Origin: Trichomonas gallinae
Lineage: Eukaryota
Assembly (NCBI GenBank): GCA_008369845.1
Contig: MRSU01010652.1
Location: forward strand, 1 to 33,996
Reading direction: 5' to 3'
DNA: 33,996 bases
Under the pieces are notes generated by a model. The model was not told where the DNA came from, did not search any database, and saw only the letters and a list, made by a program, of their open reading frames with translations. Position numbers and translations under genes: made by a program. Shown one piece after another: positions 10,085-20,562 of the stretch. Numbering within the stretch: position 1 is the first letter of the stretch; every line of letters begins with the position of its first letter.

Positions 10085-12274
10085 ATGTTTGTTTTTTTGT
10101 TAAATTTTGTGGCTTGTTTTGATTCAAAAGTTGCTGAAAATGATGTGACTAACAGTAATTTTACGGCAAATGAAACGAAGCCCTTGGAAAATTTTAAATT
10201 TTTCACAAATAGTTCGGAATTAGCCAATAATACTTCATTCAATCATAGAATAAACGCATCATTAACAGCTAATATACCAAAAATCGAGAAAGACCACAAT
10301 ATTTCAGACTCTTTCGAATTTAACAATAAAACAGTCACCAAGAATGAAACGATAGGCTTATCAACTCAAAATATGAATATTTCTGACTCAAAAATAAATG
10401 TTACTCAAAAGGAAAAAATAATACCCAATCAAAATTCGACAAAATCTAATAACAATGTACCTGATGAAAGCCTAAGTCTTGGTTTAACTAGAATTAATGC
10501 AACAAACACTACAACTAAAAAAGACAATTTCATTGTCCAAAAAAATCAAAATTTATCGACTCGTTCATCAGCTAATATATCAAGCAGTAATAACACAATA
10601 ATTGTTGAAAACATTTCTTTGAACAAAACAACTAAAACAGATAAAATTGTTAAAATATTAGAACCAATTAAAGTTAATGGCAACGAAACGATTGGAAATG
10701 CTGCAAATAATCATACTAAAAACATAACTGATCATTCTATCGCTCAAAACGTAACAAAAAAAATAACCAAATCTCAAAATACAACCAATAATAAAATAGA
10801 TCAGCATACTAGCAATACTACAACCAATATAACTCGTCCTCAAATTGTTAAAGTCAGTCAATCGCAAAATCAAACAAATCTTGAAAATAATCAAACGCTT
10901 CCACCTATAATCAAAATATTAAACAATAATACCCAATTACACTCGCATTCGAATGCAACAAATCTCAATAATACAAAGACAAATATTTCAATATCAAATA
11001 AAGCATCAAAAGAACCGATTGACGACCAGTTAAATACCACTGGTGACAATATCATCCCGGTTAAAGAAAATACTACCAATACAACATCAAATATTATTAA
11101 TAAAGTTGTTAATTCAATAGAAGACAACAATACTACTCAAGTACCAACTAAAAATGCAGAAGATATTATAAATCAAACAACAGACTCACAAAATATTACA
11201 AACTCAGATTCGAATATTACTCAATATGATGATATAGTCAACCAAATGAATACTAACACTACAGAATCCCTAAATGAAGCGTCAATACAATCAAAAGAAA
11301 CAAATAACACTGAAATTATCAATAATACAGAAATAAATTCAACAGAAATTGATCACATGCTTGAAAATACTACAATTATTCAGTCTGATGTGAATAATGA
11401 ATCAATATCCATTACGGTATCTACATCTTTAGGAAATTCACCAGAAATTCCAATTCCAACACCAAATCCAACAGAAATTCCAGAAAGAACACCAATTCCA
11501 ACAGATCCACCATCACCAACAGAGCTTCCTGTGCCTACACCTCATCCGACAGATTTGCCACGAACACCTTGCCCAACTGACTTTCCACTACCAACTCCAC
11601 AACCATCTGATTTGCCAATCGACAGGGAAAAATGCGGCGGAAATAACACGCATTTCGAGGTAGATAGATGTGTTTGCAACGATGGATTCATGGGAAGGCC
11701 TATTTCTGGCTGCTACAAGTGTGAAACAGCATGTGATGAATACGCTGAATGTGTTGGATGGAACAGATGTAAGTGTCTCGATGGATATACAGGCAACGGC
11801 TTCAAATGTACCCAGCTGCCCCCACTAGTTATTTCTGTCTCTCCGACTGAGTGTTTGAAAGATGAGCGCTGCCTCGTCAGTGTCTTCGTGAAGATAAGAG
11901 GTAGAGTCCCTGAAAGTGCTTTTTGCAAATTCGGAAATGTAATCGTGAAATCGGAAGAAGTCGACGAAAACTTGATAACGTGCAAAGCACCGCTTTTCAC
12001 TACAACAGCTGCAGATATACAAGTCTCTATCGATGCGAAGACCTGGTCTAAGGAAGCTGCACAGATCTCATTCATATCTAAAGGAATTGCATCATTTGGA
12101 TGGTTCTGGCCGACATTAGGATTCTTAACTGCTTTTGCAATAATATTCTCTTTAGTCTTCATGCTCAGATCTCAGAACGATGAAGACAGACTTCTTGAAG
12201 AAAAAGTCCCTCTCAAGCATCCACAGAATCACAAAGGTGACTTCCAACACGCAAAATTTAGAGTTAATGTTTGA
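10085..12274 (+). CDS. Type I surface glycoprotein: signal peptide, Asn/Thr-rich region, Pro/Thr repeats, EGF-like domains, IPT/TIG domain, TM, cytosolic tail
   Basis: Hydrophobic N-terminus MFVFLLNFVACF and many NxS/T sequons. PTPxPT repeats; EGF-like CVCNDGFMG and CDEYAECVGWNRCKCLDGYTGNGFKC; IPT-like PPLVISVSP...AFCKFG...ITCKAP...VSID. TM FWPTLGFLTAFAIIFSLVFML; tail contains DEDRLL. Confidence 0.92.
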   Translation: MFVFLLNFVACFDSKVAENDVTNSNFTANETKPLENFKFFTNSSELANNTSFNHRINASLTANIPKIEKDHNISDSFEFNNKTVTKNETIGLSTQNMNISDSKINVTQKEKIIPNQNSTKSNNNVPDESLSLGLTRINATNTTTKKDNFIVQKNQNLSTRSSANISSSNNTIIVENISLNKTTKTDKIVKILEPIKVNGNETIGNAANNHTKNITDHSIAQNVTKKITKSQNTTNNKIDQHTSNTTTNITRPQIVKVSQSQNQTNLENNQTLPPIIKILNNNTQLHSHSNATNLNNTKTNISISNKASKEPIDDQLNTTGDNIIPVKENTTNTTSNIINKVVNSIEDNNTTQVPTKNAEDIINQTTDSQNITNSDSNITQYDDIVNQMNTNTTESLNEASIQSKETNNTEIINNTEINSTEIDHMLENTTIIQSDVNNESISITVSTSLGNSPEIPIPTPNPTEIPERTPIPTDPPSPTELPVPTPHPTDLPRTPCPTDFPLPTPQPSDLPIDREKCGGNNTHFEVDRCVCNDGFMGRPISGCYKCETACDEYAECVGWNRCKCLDGYTGNGFKCTQLPPLVISVSPTECLKDERCLVSVFVKIRGRVPESAFCKFGNVIVKSEEVDENLITCKAPLFTTTAADIQVSIDAKTWSKEAAQISFISKGIASFGWFWPTLGFLTAFAIIFSLVFMLRSQNDEDRLLEEKVPLKHPQNHKGDFQHAKFRVNV

Positions 12275-12569
12275 AACAAATATAAAATAAAAATTGTAAT
12301 TTCAATCATTTGTATTTCATTACATTGTAATTTTGATATTACAAAACAAACAAAAAAATCAATTTCAAACAGTTTGCTTATTAGGATGCGATAGTTAAAC
12401 GCCAGTACAACATATATAATCATGCATACATATTCGAAATAGAAATAATATATGCATCCATATTTTCATTCTTTAATGCGCAATCATTATATAGAAAACA
12501 AATAAAGGTGTAAAGAAAAAATTATTAAAACTAATATTTTTAATATATACAAAACCGCATATGATAATG

Positions 12570-13556
12570 TTAGACTATATATTTGACTAATGAATACCAA
12601 AGGATGAAGTTAGGGCGATCGACAGCTAAAGTTTCTTCACTTTCTTTGTCATTATCATCACCATTAACAAGATCCAAAAATCCTTCATTGCCAATTGGAT
12701 CTTTAGCTCCACATAATTCTGTAGAATACATCTGCAAGTTCAAATCAAACTTATGAGTGTTGGCTAACACATCATTTTCTTGAACAAGTGGATTATTGAA
12801 ATAAGTTTTATCAAACGCAATGTGATCCATCGACTCTGATTCAAATAATGCAACAGCTTTGTTATCACTAAATATGCAATCTTTGAATACGGTCTTTCTC
12901 GTGTTCAGACTATCATGGGCTCTGAATATGGATTTGTTCGAATTGTAGTTTATGATTCTAGAAAACACACAATTCGAAAACCTGTTTTCAGAGTCAACAA
13001 AGCGAAATCCTACCAGCTCTGTTGTAATAGAAATGTGTTGGAACTGTAAGAAGGAATGTGAGCCACTGCTAAACATTGTTTCTAATCCTCCTGCTTTGCA
13101 ATAGGAATTGTTCAATGTGTTAATATCGCAAACAGCTGTTTGACTCTGCTCCTGTCTAGGACCAAAAGTAACAGTGCAATCTTTGCCTTCTGCTTGTGTA
13201 ATTGAGCATAGTTCCATAGCATTCTTAGTAACAGATGATGTAGCCGAGTGAGAGCCAGGATGTTTGCAATATGAACCAATACTACAGACTCCAAACTGGT
13301 AGCAACTTCCCATCATGCATTGGATCGCACCACCTGCACCCTGTACTGGATCTTCATTGTCGTCTTCTGGTGCAATAAAAGTGGTATGGAACACAAGGAG
13401 ATTACTATTAGCAAACGCTTTAATTACTCCATTGCTTCCCAGATTGGAAAAGATAACATTTAACACGAAAAAGTTTCCGGCAGAAGAAATAGCACTGTTG
13501 TTCTTATGCCATGTTGGCTTTCCCACTTGAGGATACACGTTCTCCCACAAACCCAT
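12570..13556 (-). CDS. Uncharacterised family protein, copy 1 (GGAI motif; possible parallel beta-helix)
   Basis: 328-aa ORF with Inr TCATA at 13565-13561. Aligns by eye with 15525-16484 (W..xYP..G.PT.H..N, VLNV.FS.LG..GVI, GGAI, GSHSA, ETL.VDRPN..L..SLV..I). Confidence 0.88.
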   Translation of the reverse strand: MGLWENVYPQVGKPTWHKNNSAISSAGNFFVLNVIFSNLGSNGVIKAFANSNLLVFHTTFIAPEDDNEDPVQGAGGAIQCMMGSCYQFGVCSIGSYCKHPGSHSATSSVTKNAMELCSITQAEGKDCTVTFGPRQEQSQTAVCDINTLNNSYCKAGGLETMFSSGSHSFLQFQHISITTELVGFRFVDSENRFSNCVFSRIINYNSNKSIFRAHDSLNTRKTVFKDCIFSDNKAVALFESESMDHIAFDKTYFNNPLVQENDVLANTHKFDLNLQMYSTELCGAKDPIGNEGFLDLVNGDDNDKESEETLAVDRPNFILWYSLVKYIV

Positions 13557-13602
13557 TTTTTATGATTTTATCTTTTTGATAAGAATTTTTGACAGAACAC
13601 AA

Positions 13603-13611
13603 AAATCGGAT
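13603..13611 (-). promoter_or_regulatory. Family-specific upstream motif ATCCGATTT (copy 1)
   Basis: AAATCGGAT on +, starting 47 nt from ATG 13556. The same 9-mer lies upstream of the other family copies. Confidence 0.5.
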
Positions 13612-14451
13612 TTTTGACATCTTCTATGAAATTTTTTTCTATATCATATCAAATTTGAGTAGGTTAACAATCATAAATAGAGCTAATTTGAATGTACAGA
13701 GGCTATATTATCTTCCTTATCTGAAATTTTTTATTTCTTATCTGACAATCTTTTTCAAATTTTTATACTTTTGATTTTGATGATTTTTGTTTGTACAAAA
13801 TGGTACTTCTATACATATATAGTATTATTCTTTTTGGAAATTGATCCCTTCATAAGATTAAGAGTAATTTTGACAAATCACGTTCTTGTCACTTTTTATG
13901 TAAAAATTTAGTCTGTGCCGAAAAACTAACAAATGGCATAAAAATATATTGGATTTTTTCCGAAATTTGCAAAAATTCTGTTTTCGGAAAATAAAACAGA
14001 CTTGAAATCAATTGCATATGTATATACTGCTCCGTTTGGTTATATACATGAATATGGTGTATTTGTTCTACATACTTAGTCTTTGATATAAAAAAGCAAT
14101 GATGAAATAGTTAAATTGTTCAATCCTTTCTTGATATGATATATATTATCATTATTATATATTATTTTCAAATCGTTCGCATCCTTACGCTCCAAATTTC
14201 CACACTTAGATTAATTTTTAAAAAAATCGTTATTTTTAATTGAAATTTATACAATATATTGGGTTCAGCATAGAGAACCTATATACATGGATATGTTTTT
14301 CTATATTTAAGGTTAAAAGGTGACAAAATATTTTTGTTTTAATTTTTCAAGAAAACAACTTCATAAATCTTAAAACTAAATAATAGAATATAATCATGAA
14401 AAGCAAAAGATTTATTTTGTATCAAAAAAAAACTATTCATTAATCTAAATG

Positions 14452-15372
14452 TTAAATAATTTGCTTGACTAATGAATACCATAATATTAAATTCGGACGA
14501 TCAACAGCCAAAGTCTCTTCTTTTTCATATTCTTCATCAGTAATTCATAAGTTTTCTAATGGATTTTCTGCCTCACACAATTTAGTAGAATACATTTGCA
14601 TTTCAAACTCAAATCTTTCAACGCCAGCATTTTTAGCATCTACATTGTTTTCAATGAGTGAGTTATAATAATAATATCTTTGGAAATCAAAATAATTCAA
14701 AGAATTAGGATTAAACAATGACGTGGCATTATTATCGACGAAAGTTGCATAGCCATCTTCATCTATCTGAAAAATGAAGTCATGAGAATTCATGTTTAGT
14801 ATTTCAGAGAAAACGCAGGTAGAAATTCTATTACAAGAATTAGTAAAAAGAAAGCCATCTTGATTTGAAGTTATTGATATGTTATGAAAGGTTATATATT
14901 TCAATGGTTAGTGAATTTCGAGCTAATGCCATTTTTCCTCCATTAGAAGAACGAATGATTCACTGATTTAGTTTCTCCAATAATTGGTCCAAAAATGCAG
15001 TCGCAATCTTTAATTTTTGCTTGCATAATTGAACCTGCTTTCATAGTATTTTTACCAAATGATGCAGTTGATGAATTAGATCCTGCAACTTTACATTAAG
15101 CACCAGTACTACAGACGCCATATTTGATAGCAATTTCCCATCATGCATAAGATTGCACCACCTGCATCTTGCATTTCTTGACCTTCTTGATATGTTTTTT
15201 TTGTCGGTTCAATAAATGTAGTATGATATACAAGTAAATAAACGGAACATTTCCATGCTCAACTAATAACTCCGTTGTGTCCAAACTGAGAAAAAACATC
15301 ATTCAAAACGAAATAATCGCCGACGGTATTTATAGTCTTGTTCTCCTTATGTAGAACTGGGTCTCCAACAGT
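14452..15372 (-). pseudogene. Pseudogene of the same family (copy 2)
   Basis: Translates TVGDPVLHKENKTINTVGDYFVLNDVFSQFGHNGVIS*...LLVYHTTFIEP...AGGAILCMMGNCYQ, then a frameshift (extra base at 15123-15125), YGVCSTGA*CK..., a further frameshift, then MQMYSTKLCEAENPLENL*...EETLAVDRPNLILWYSLVKQII*. Stops at 15259-61, 15096-98 and 14545-47. The ATG and first ~9 codons are missing. Confidence 0.92.
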
Positions 15373-15397
15373 TTATTTATTTTTTGTGAGTGATAAT

Positions 15398-15406
15398 AAA
15401 TCGGAT
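15398..15406 (-). promoter_or_regulatory. Family-specific upstream motif ATCCGATTT (pseudogene copy)
   Basis: AAATCGGAT on +. Followed on the coding strand by overlapping Inr-like TCACT/TCACA (15393-15385). Confidence 0.5.
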
Positions 15407-15524
15407 CCATTCACAAACGATTTTTTACGCATTTAAAGTTTAAAAGATTATATTGGCGAAATTAAAATTTTTCTGCATTGTTCAGAACTATTCCAACATA
15501 TATAGTATAAAGAACTATATATGA

Positions 15525-16484
15525 TTAAATGATATGCCTCACTAATGAAAAAAATAATACATAGTTTGGTCGGTCAACAAGAAGTGTTTCATTGTTATCT
15601 TGTGGACTAACAATAGCATCAGGATAGTATTGACCTGGTGAATATAACTTTATATTTAATTCAAAATAATCAGATCCTTGAACAAGATCATTTAAATGAT
15701 CAGACATCTCGGGATTATAGAGATAACACTGTCCAAAACGGACTTGCATTTCTGTATCAAAAATTGATGCTCCTTTATGCATTATAAAATGACACATATC
15801 AAAATATACATATTTATCATACATTTCAGTTTTATAAATTGGTGATTGTTCATTGCAGATTCCTGAAAATATAGTATATGTAATATTGGCTTTTGAATCC
15901 TCATAATAAAAGACATCACTATTAGAGCTTGTTCCAATGATATTGTTGATTATTGAATAATTATGCAGCAATGAATCATCTGTTTTAATGACTTTAATAC
16001 ATGCATGTTCTTCGCCTTGACAGTCAGATATGTTGAGCGATTGTAATTCAAAAAGCGTGGATTCTCCATCTAGAACTGAATTTTTACCTCGAGAATATAT
16101 GATTGAACAGCCGATCATTGTATTGCGAATACGCTGGTTAAAATATTCTGGTCTAGTTACAGCAGAATGAGATCCTGACAACTCACTATATGCACCAGAA
16201 CTAAGTACATTATATTGCACACAGTTAACGCGATAACAAGAAATTGCACCACCTTGAGTATCGGCATCAGCGTTAAAAGGATCGATGAATGTTGCTCGGT
16301 AAGCTAAAAGATTTGGAGGTGAACCATAAAGTTCATTAAATGACATATAAATTACCCCTTGTGTTCCTAAACCGGAAAATAAAACATTTAACACTAAATA
16401 GTTACCTCTTCCGATAAAAGCCTTGTTCTCATCATGAATTGTAGGTTCTCCAGCATCAGGGTAAAATGATTCCCACTTATCCAT
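15525..16484 (-). CDS. Uncharacterised family protein, copy 3
   Basis: 319-aa ORF paralogous to 12570-13556. Inr TCATT at 16507-16503. Same C-terminal ETLLVDRPNYVLFFSLVRHII motif. Confidence 0.88.
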   Translation of the reverse strand: MDKWESFYPDAGEPTIHDENKAFIGRGNYLVLNVLFSGLGTQGVIYMSFNELYGSPPNLLAYRATFIDPFNADADTQGGAISCYRVNCVQYNVLSSGAYSELSGSHSAVTRPEYFNQRIRNTMIGCSIIYSRGKNSVLDGESTLFELQSLNISDCQGEEHACIKVIKTDDSLLHNYSIINNIIGTSSNSDVFYYEDSKANITYTIFSGICNEQSPIYKTEMYDKYVYFDMCHFIMHKGASIFDTEMQVRFGQCYLYNPEMSDHLNDLVQGSDYFELNIKLYSPGQYYPDAIVSPQDNNETLLVDRPNYVLFFSLVRHII

Positions 16485-16523
16485 GGCTGTAGAAAAATAT
16501 TGAATGAGAAAACGTTAATATAA

Positions 16524-16532
16524 AAATCGGAT
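16524..16532 (-). promoter_or_regulatory. Family-specific upstream motif ATCCGATTT (copy 3)
   Basis: AAATCGGAT on +, starting 40 nt from ATG 16484. Confidence 0.5.
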
Positions 16533-17190
16533 CCCATAAAAAAACTAAGAAATATGAAATGTTAACTCACTTGAAATTCGTTTAATAATGCGATTGTCAT
16601 TCGAATATTAAAGCCAAAAAAGGAAAATTTTGAATTCGATTTCGGAAAAATTTGGTTACAAACGAAAACGCATTGCAATTGTTTACAATGTCATCATTTA
16701 TATAATTTGAGAGTTTGGACAAAAATGAACAACGTATTTTTTGTAAGGTCAGAGATACAAAAAAAAAAAATTGACATGTAAAATTAAATGATCATTGTTT
16801 GTAAACTCAAATATTTTTGTAAAGTATTTACCTGTCAAAACATAAGATTATTTTCATTCCATTAAGGAAGCGTGTTCAGCGAGCATTATGCAGTTGATCA
16901 TGGTTGAAATGCCTTAATGGGTAATCTCGTTTAATAAATGCTTTCGATATAGCGAAAAAATCTAAATCATCAATATTTTGTTCTAAAATGCAAATATAAC
17001 TATTTATTACATTATACTAGATCTAAATCATCCATTTTTTGAAGAAAACTCTTGAAATATTTTTTTGAGGAGATTTATGCAATTTCAAAGCGAATAATTG
17101 CTGTATAGGCATAGTATATGTAAGTGGTCGGGACGATAACCATTGAGATATAAGTGATATGAACGATTAAAAATTTTTTGAAAATTTTCG

Positions 17191-18561
17191 ATGACTGTTT
17201 CACTTGATGAGGTGAATTTCCTAATTTCACGCTATCTGCGTGAGAGTGGGTTTGTTCACACTGCATATGTGTTCGAAACTGAGTCAATGGTTGCATCATC
17301 AAATATCTCGCAAACAACAGTTCCTCCTGGAGCTTTAATTACGATTCTACAGAGGAGCTTGTTGAGTATGGAATACGAAAAGAAAATTAAGCAAGCTTTA
17401 AAAGATCCAAACAACAAAATACATCAAGAAATTCAAGAACTTGAAGAAAAGTACAAAGAAATCCTCGTCGAACCACCTCCTGAAATACTACCACAACCTA
17501 TCGAACATCCTAAACCATTAATTGCCGAAGATAAAATAGTTACGCTCGAAAATAATTCGGAAACTTGTATGAATTACCACACTACTGCATACTGCTGCAA
17601 GTGGGCACCAGATTGTACATATTTTATTTCTGGTGGTGATGAAGGTAAAGCAATGATTCATTACATTCAATCAAATAAAGTAATTAATTCGATTAATCTG
17701 ACAGCTGATGGATCAATATCTGGAGCAATTACATCTATCGATATTACAAATGATAATCAGCTTATTGCGATCTCAGATTTTGAAGGAGACGTAAGTATCT
17801 TCGACCGTAAAGGAAATAAGGTCATGAACCTACTTAAAAAAGGAAATAATACAACATTCTGCGTTAGATTCTCTCCATCTGGAAGATATCTTGTTGTCTG
17901 CAACAGCGGAACATGTTTCTTCTTTGAAGCACCAACATTCAGACAGATACAATCGCCAATTGGCAGCCACAAAGATACAATTGTTGATGCTTCATGGCGT
18001 GGCGATTCTTGCGTTGCAACAGCTTCAGCTGACGGAACTGTTGGCTTTTTCAACTTGGAGCAGCCTCAAGCATCATTTTTAAAATTATCTAATAAGAGAA
18101 TTTGCGGAGTTTCATGGTCGTATGATGGAAATTTTTTGGCCGTCTGCTGTGAAGATGGATCATTAAAAGTTATGAATGTAACAACATGGGAAGGTAAAAC
18201 TTTATTCCAATCTGATATTCCTATACATGGCCTCAAATGGTCTACTTCTGCTTTGTTTTCATGGGGTGAAGATGGTAGTTTGAGGGTTTTTCCTGTTGGA
18301 ATACCAGAAATGGAAATTTGCAAACACGAATCTCCTATATTATGCGCAAGTTTCTCGGATATATGTGATATTGTTGCTACTGGTGATAAAAATGGCCACA
18401 TCAAAGTCACTGATGTGTCAAATCGAAAAATTATTAAAGAATTCCAAGGAAAAGGTTCTGTTCATGATATTGCACTTGACAGAACTGGGAAATTCTTGGT
18501 TGTTTGCTTTGAGGAAGGTGCTGTTCATTATTTGTCTATAATTAGAGCAAAACAAGAATAA
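17191..18561 (+). CDS. TBL1: TBL1/TBL1XR1/Sif2-like LisH + WD40 protein
   Basis: N-terminus [27 protein letters not shown]...[12 protein letters not shown] matches the TBL1 LisH signature. WD40 repeats follow (e.g. [10 protein letters not shown]...ATASADGTV). Stop lies in TAAA. Confidence 0.9.
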   Translation: MTVSLDEVNFLISRYLRESGFVHTAYVFETESMVASSNISQTTVPPGALITILQRSLLSMEYEKKIKQALKDPNNKIHQEIQELEEKYKEILVEPPPEILPQPIEHPKPLIAEDKIVTLENNSETCMNYHTTAYCCKWAPDCTYFISGGDEGKAMIHYIQSNKVINSINLTADGSISGAITSIDITNDNQLIAISDFEGDVSIFDRKGNKVMNLLKKGNNTTFCVRFSPSGRYLVVCNSGTCFFFEAPTFRQIQSPIGSHKDTIVDASWRGDSCVATASADGTVGFFNLEQPQASFLKLSNKRICGVSWSYDGNFLAVCCEDGSLKVMNVTTWEGKTLFQSDIPIHGLKWSTSALFSWGEDGSLRVFPVGIPEMEICKHESPILCASFSDICDIVATGDKNGHIKVTDVSNRKIIKEFQGKGSVHDIALDRTGKFLVVCFEEGAVHYLSIIRAKQE

Positions 18562-18762
18562 AATTGTTTATGTGTGTGTTTTAAAGATTTAACATATATT
18601 TACCTATACTATTCACATCGAAGGTCATCAACTCAATAAGTTTCGAATAACATTTGATAAGAAAAATTATATAACCAAATTTAAAAACATAAGATAATTC
18701 TTCATATAGCTTTGAAAAACAATACACATAAGGAGTTAAGATAGGATATATATGATAAATAG

Positions 18763-19158
18763 CTCACACTTTCTGTCAAAGGAATCTTGATAATTAAAGC
18801 CTGTGATTATATAACTAGTGATGAAAAGGACATAACTCTTATGACTCATATTAATAAGAAACAACAGGGAGAACCAGTGGCTCATTATGTTCAATCTATA
18901 TCGAAGATATAAAATACACTGATCACCATGAATTTTATGAACGGGAACAGTTTTTATGGTCCTACCAAGTCAATTAAACTATGAGCCGAGGTGCTTAATG
19001 AGTGTGAAAATTTACAATCCTCAGAAAAAATTGCTAATGATAGTTTAACGTGCTGTAGACAATGCATTTTCAATCTATGTAGTGTAGGTTATATGATTTA
19101 TAAAGTAAATCACCAATTTTATATAAAATTTGAAAAGATCGGCATGATTAAATATTGA
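18763..19158 (+). pseudogene. Possible decayed coding fragment (Ig-like/surface protein relic)
   Basis: One frame runs 132 codons with only two internal stops (18910-12, 18982-84) in ~70% AT DNA. Weak resemblance to the beta modules of 6085-7941. Confidence 0.3.
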
Positions 19159-19788
19159 TTGACCTAGTATAAGATTTATCATATATATGTCTACTATTTT
19201 ATACACGAAATAAGCTTGAATAAGATAAAAATTCTATAAATTAGGTGTTTGAAATCTGCGTGAGATAAATAATATGTTATACCTTGATAGATAAATAGGC
19301 AAAACAACAGCGACGTTACAGATCAGTTGAAAATTCGGGATCTGAAATTATTTTTATAAAATTATCGAAATAAAATCAATAATAATCTTAGCAGAATTAT
19401 AAAATGATCTTAAAAGCCAGGGTTAATTTTTAATAAGAAAATTTCAGTGAATAAATTGAGAAAAATTATCCAAAGTTTAGAAAACATCATAGAACGTTTT
19501 ATTATGCTATTTAAGATATTCCAATAACGTTGGAGCACGTTGAAAATTTTCAACTTGACCTTAAAAATTGAGTTGATTCAATTCCCAAATTGGTTTCTAT
19601 ATTAAGTATTATTGTTTACAGCTAATTTAACACAAAATTTTTGAAATTATTTCCAAATTGGTCACTGCCCTAATTTTTATGTAATAGTGCTAAACTCATT
19701 GTTTATGTATGGTTTATTTGAAGAAAAAAAATGAAGATCATTAATTTTCAATACTTTATTTTTTATATTTACATTTCAATATTTAAGA

Positions 19789-20562
19789 ATGGGTTGCGAA
19801 GCATCTGTGATTGACTCTCCAGAAAAGGACACCAAGCAAGTTGTCAAGGGCAGGGTGAGGAAGAACTCATCAGACGAAGTTTCGATTAAGGATGCATGCA
19901 ATGTTGAGATGTGTTTCGAAGAAGGAAAAATTGCAGGAAGAGCATTCTATGCGAAGAATCTCTCTAATTGCACTATCTATATTAGTGACGTTGTTGAAAG
20001 AATTACAATCAAAGGATGCATAGATTGCAAATTTGCATTAGCAGTATGTTCAAACATGACTTTTATCACAGAATGCAATAAGTGCGAGTTCACAATTGTT
20101 GGCAAGCAATGCAGAATTGCTAACTCTAATGAATGTTCTCTTTTCTTACATACAAGTCAAAGAACATTTGTTGAAAGATCAAATAATATCGTCATTGGAT
20201 GTGGCACATACTCCTACAATAAAATTGTAGACCACATGACCGCAGCTCACTTAGATTTGTATCTTAATAATTATCATCAAGTTTTAGATGTCACGCCAGG
20301 ACAATCTAGCTACGAAATCCATGAAGGTGAACGCTCAACAATTCAGCCAAAAGATGGAACTAAGTTCTTACCATATTACTACGCACCATCTGGTCAACAT
20401 ACAACAATCGAATGTCTAGAAGACAGATGGTGCGAAATTGTCCGTATTTCCTTCCACACAGGTGTGAAACTTGTTGGATGCCGAAAGAACGGAAGGACAA
20501 TATTGGCTTTCATCGAAGAAGATCCAACACATCTTTTCGACTCCGCTCGTGCTCAATCATAA
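19789..20562 (+). CDS. RP2: RP2/XRP2-like TBCC-domain protein (putative ARL3 GAP)
   Basis: MGC N-terminus. Beta-helix GKIAGRAFYAKNLSNCTIYI..., KQCR (equivalent of QQFR with arginine finger), VERSNNIVIGC and NNYHQVLDVTP are collinear with RP2. Confidence 0.87.
   Translation: MGCEASVIDSPEKDTKQVVKGRVRKNSSDEVSIKDACNVEMCFEEGKIAGRAFYAKNLSNCTIYISDVVERITIKGCIDCKFALAVCSNMTFITECNKCEFTIVGKQCRIANSNECSLFLHTSQRTFVERSNNIVIGCGTYSYNKIVDHMTAAHLDLYLNNYHQVLDVTPGQSSYEIHEGERSTIQPKDGTKFLPYYYAPSGQHTTIECLEDRWCEIVRISFHTGVKLVGCRKNGRTILAFIEEDPTHLFDSARAQS

Noticed and set aside
18818..18922. Box C (GTGATGA) and box D (CTGA) pair suggesting a snoRNA
   Set aside because: No convincing terminal stem or recognisable rRNA guide; such boxes are frequent by chance.
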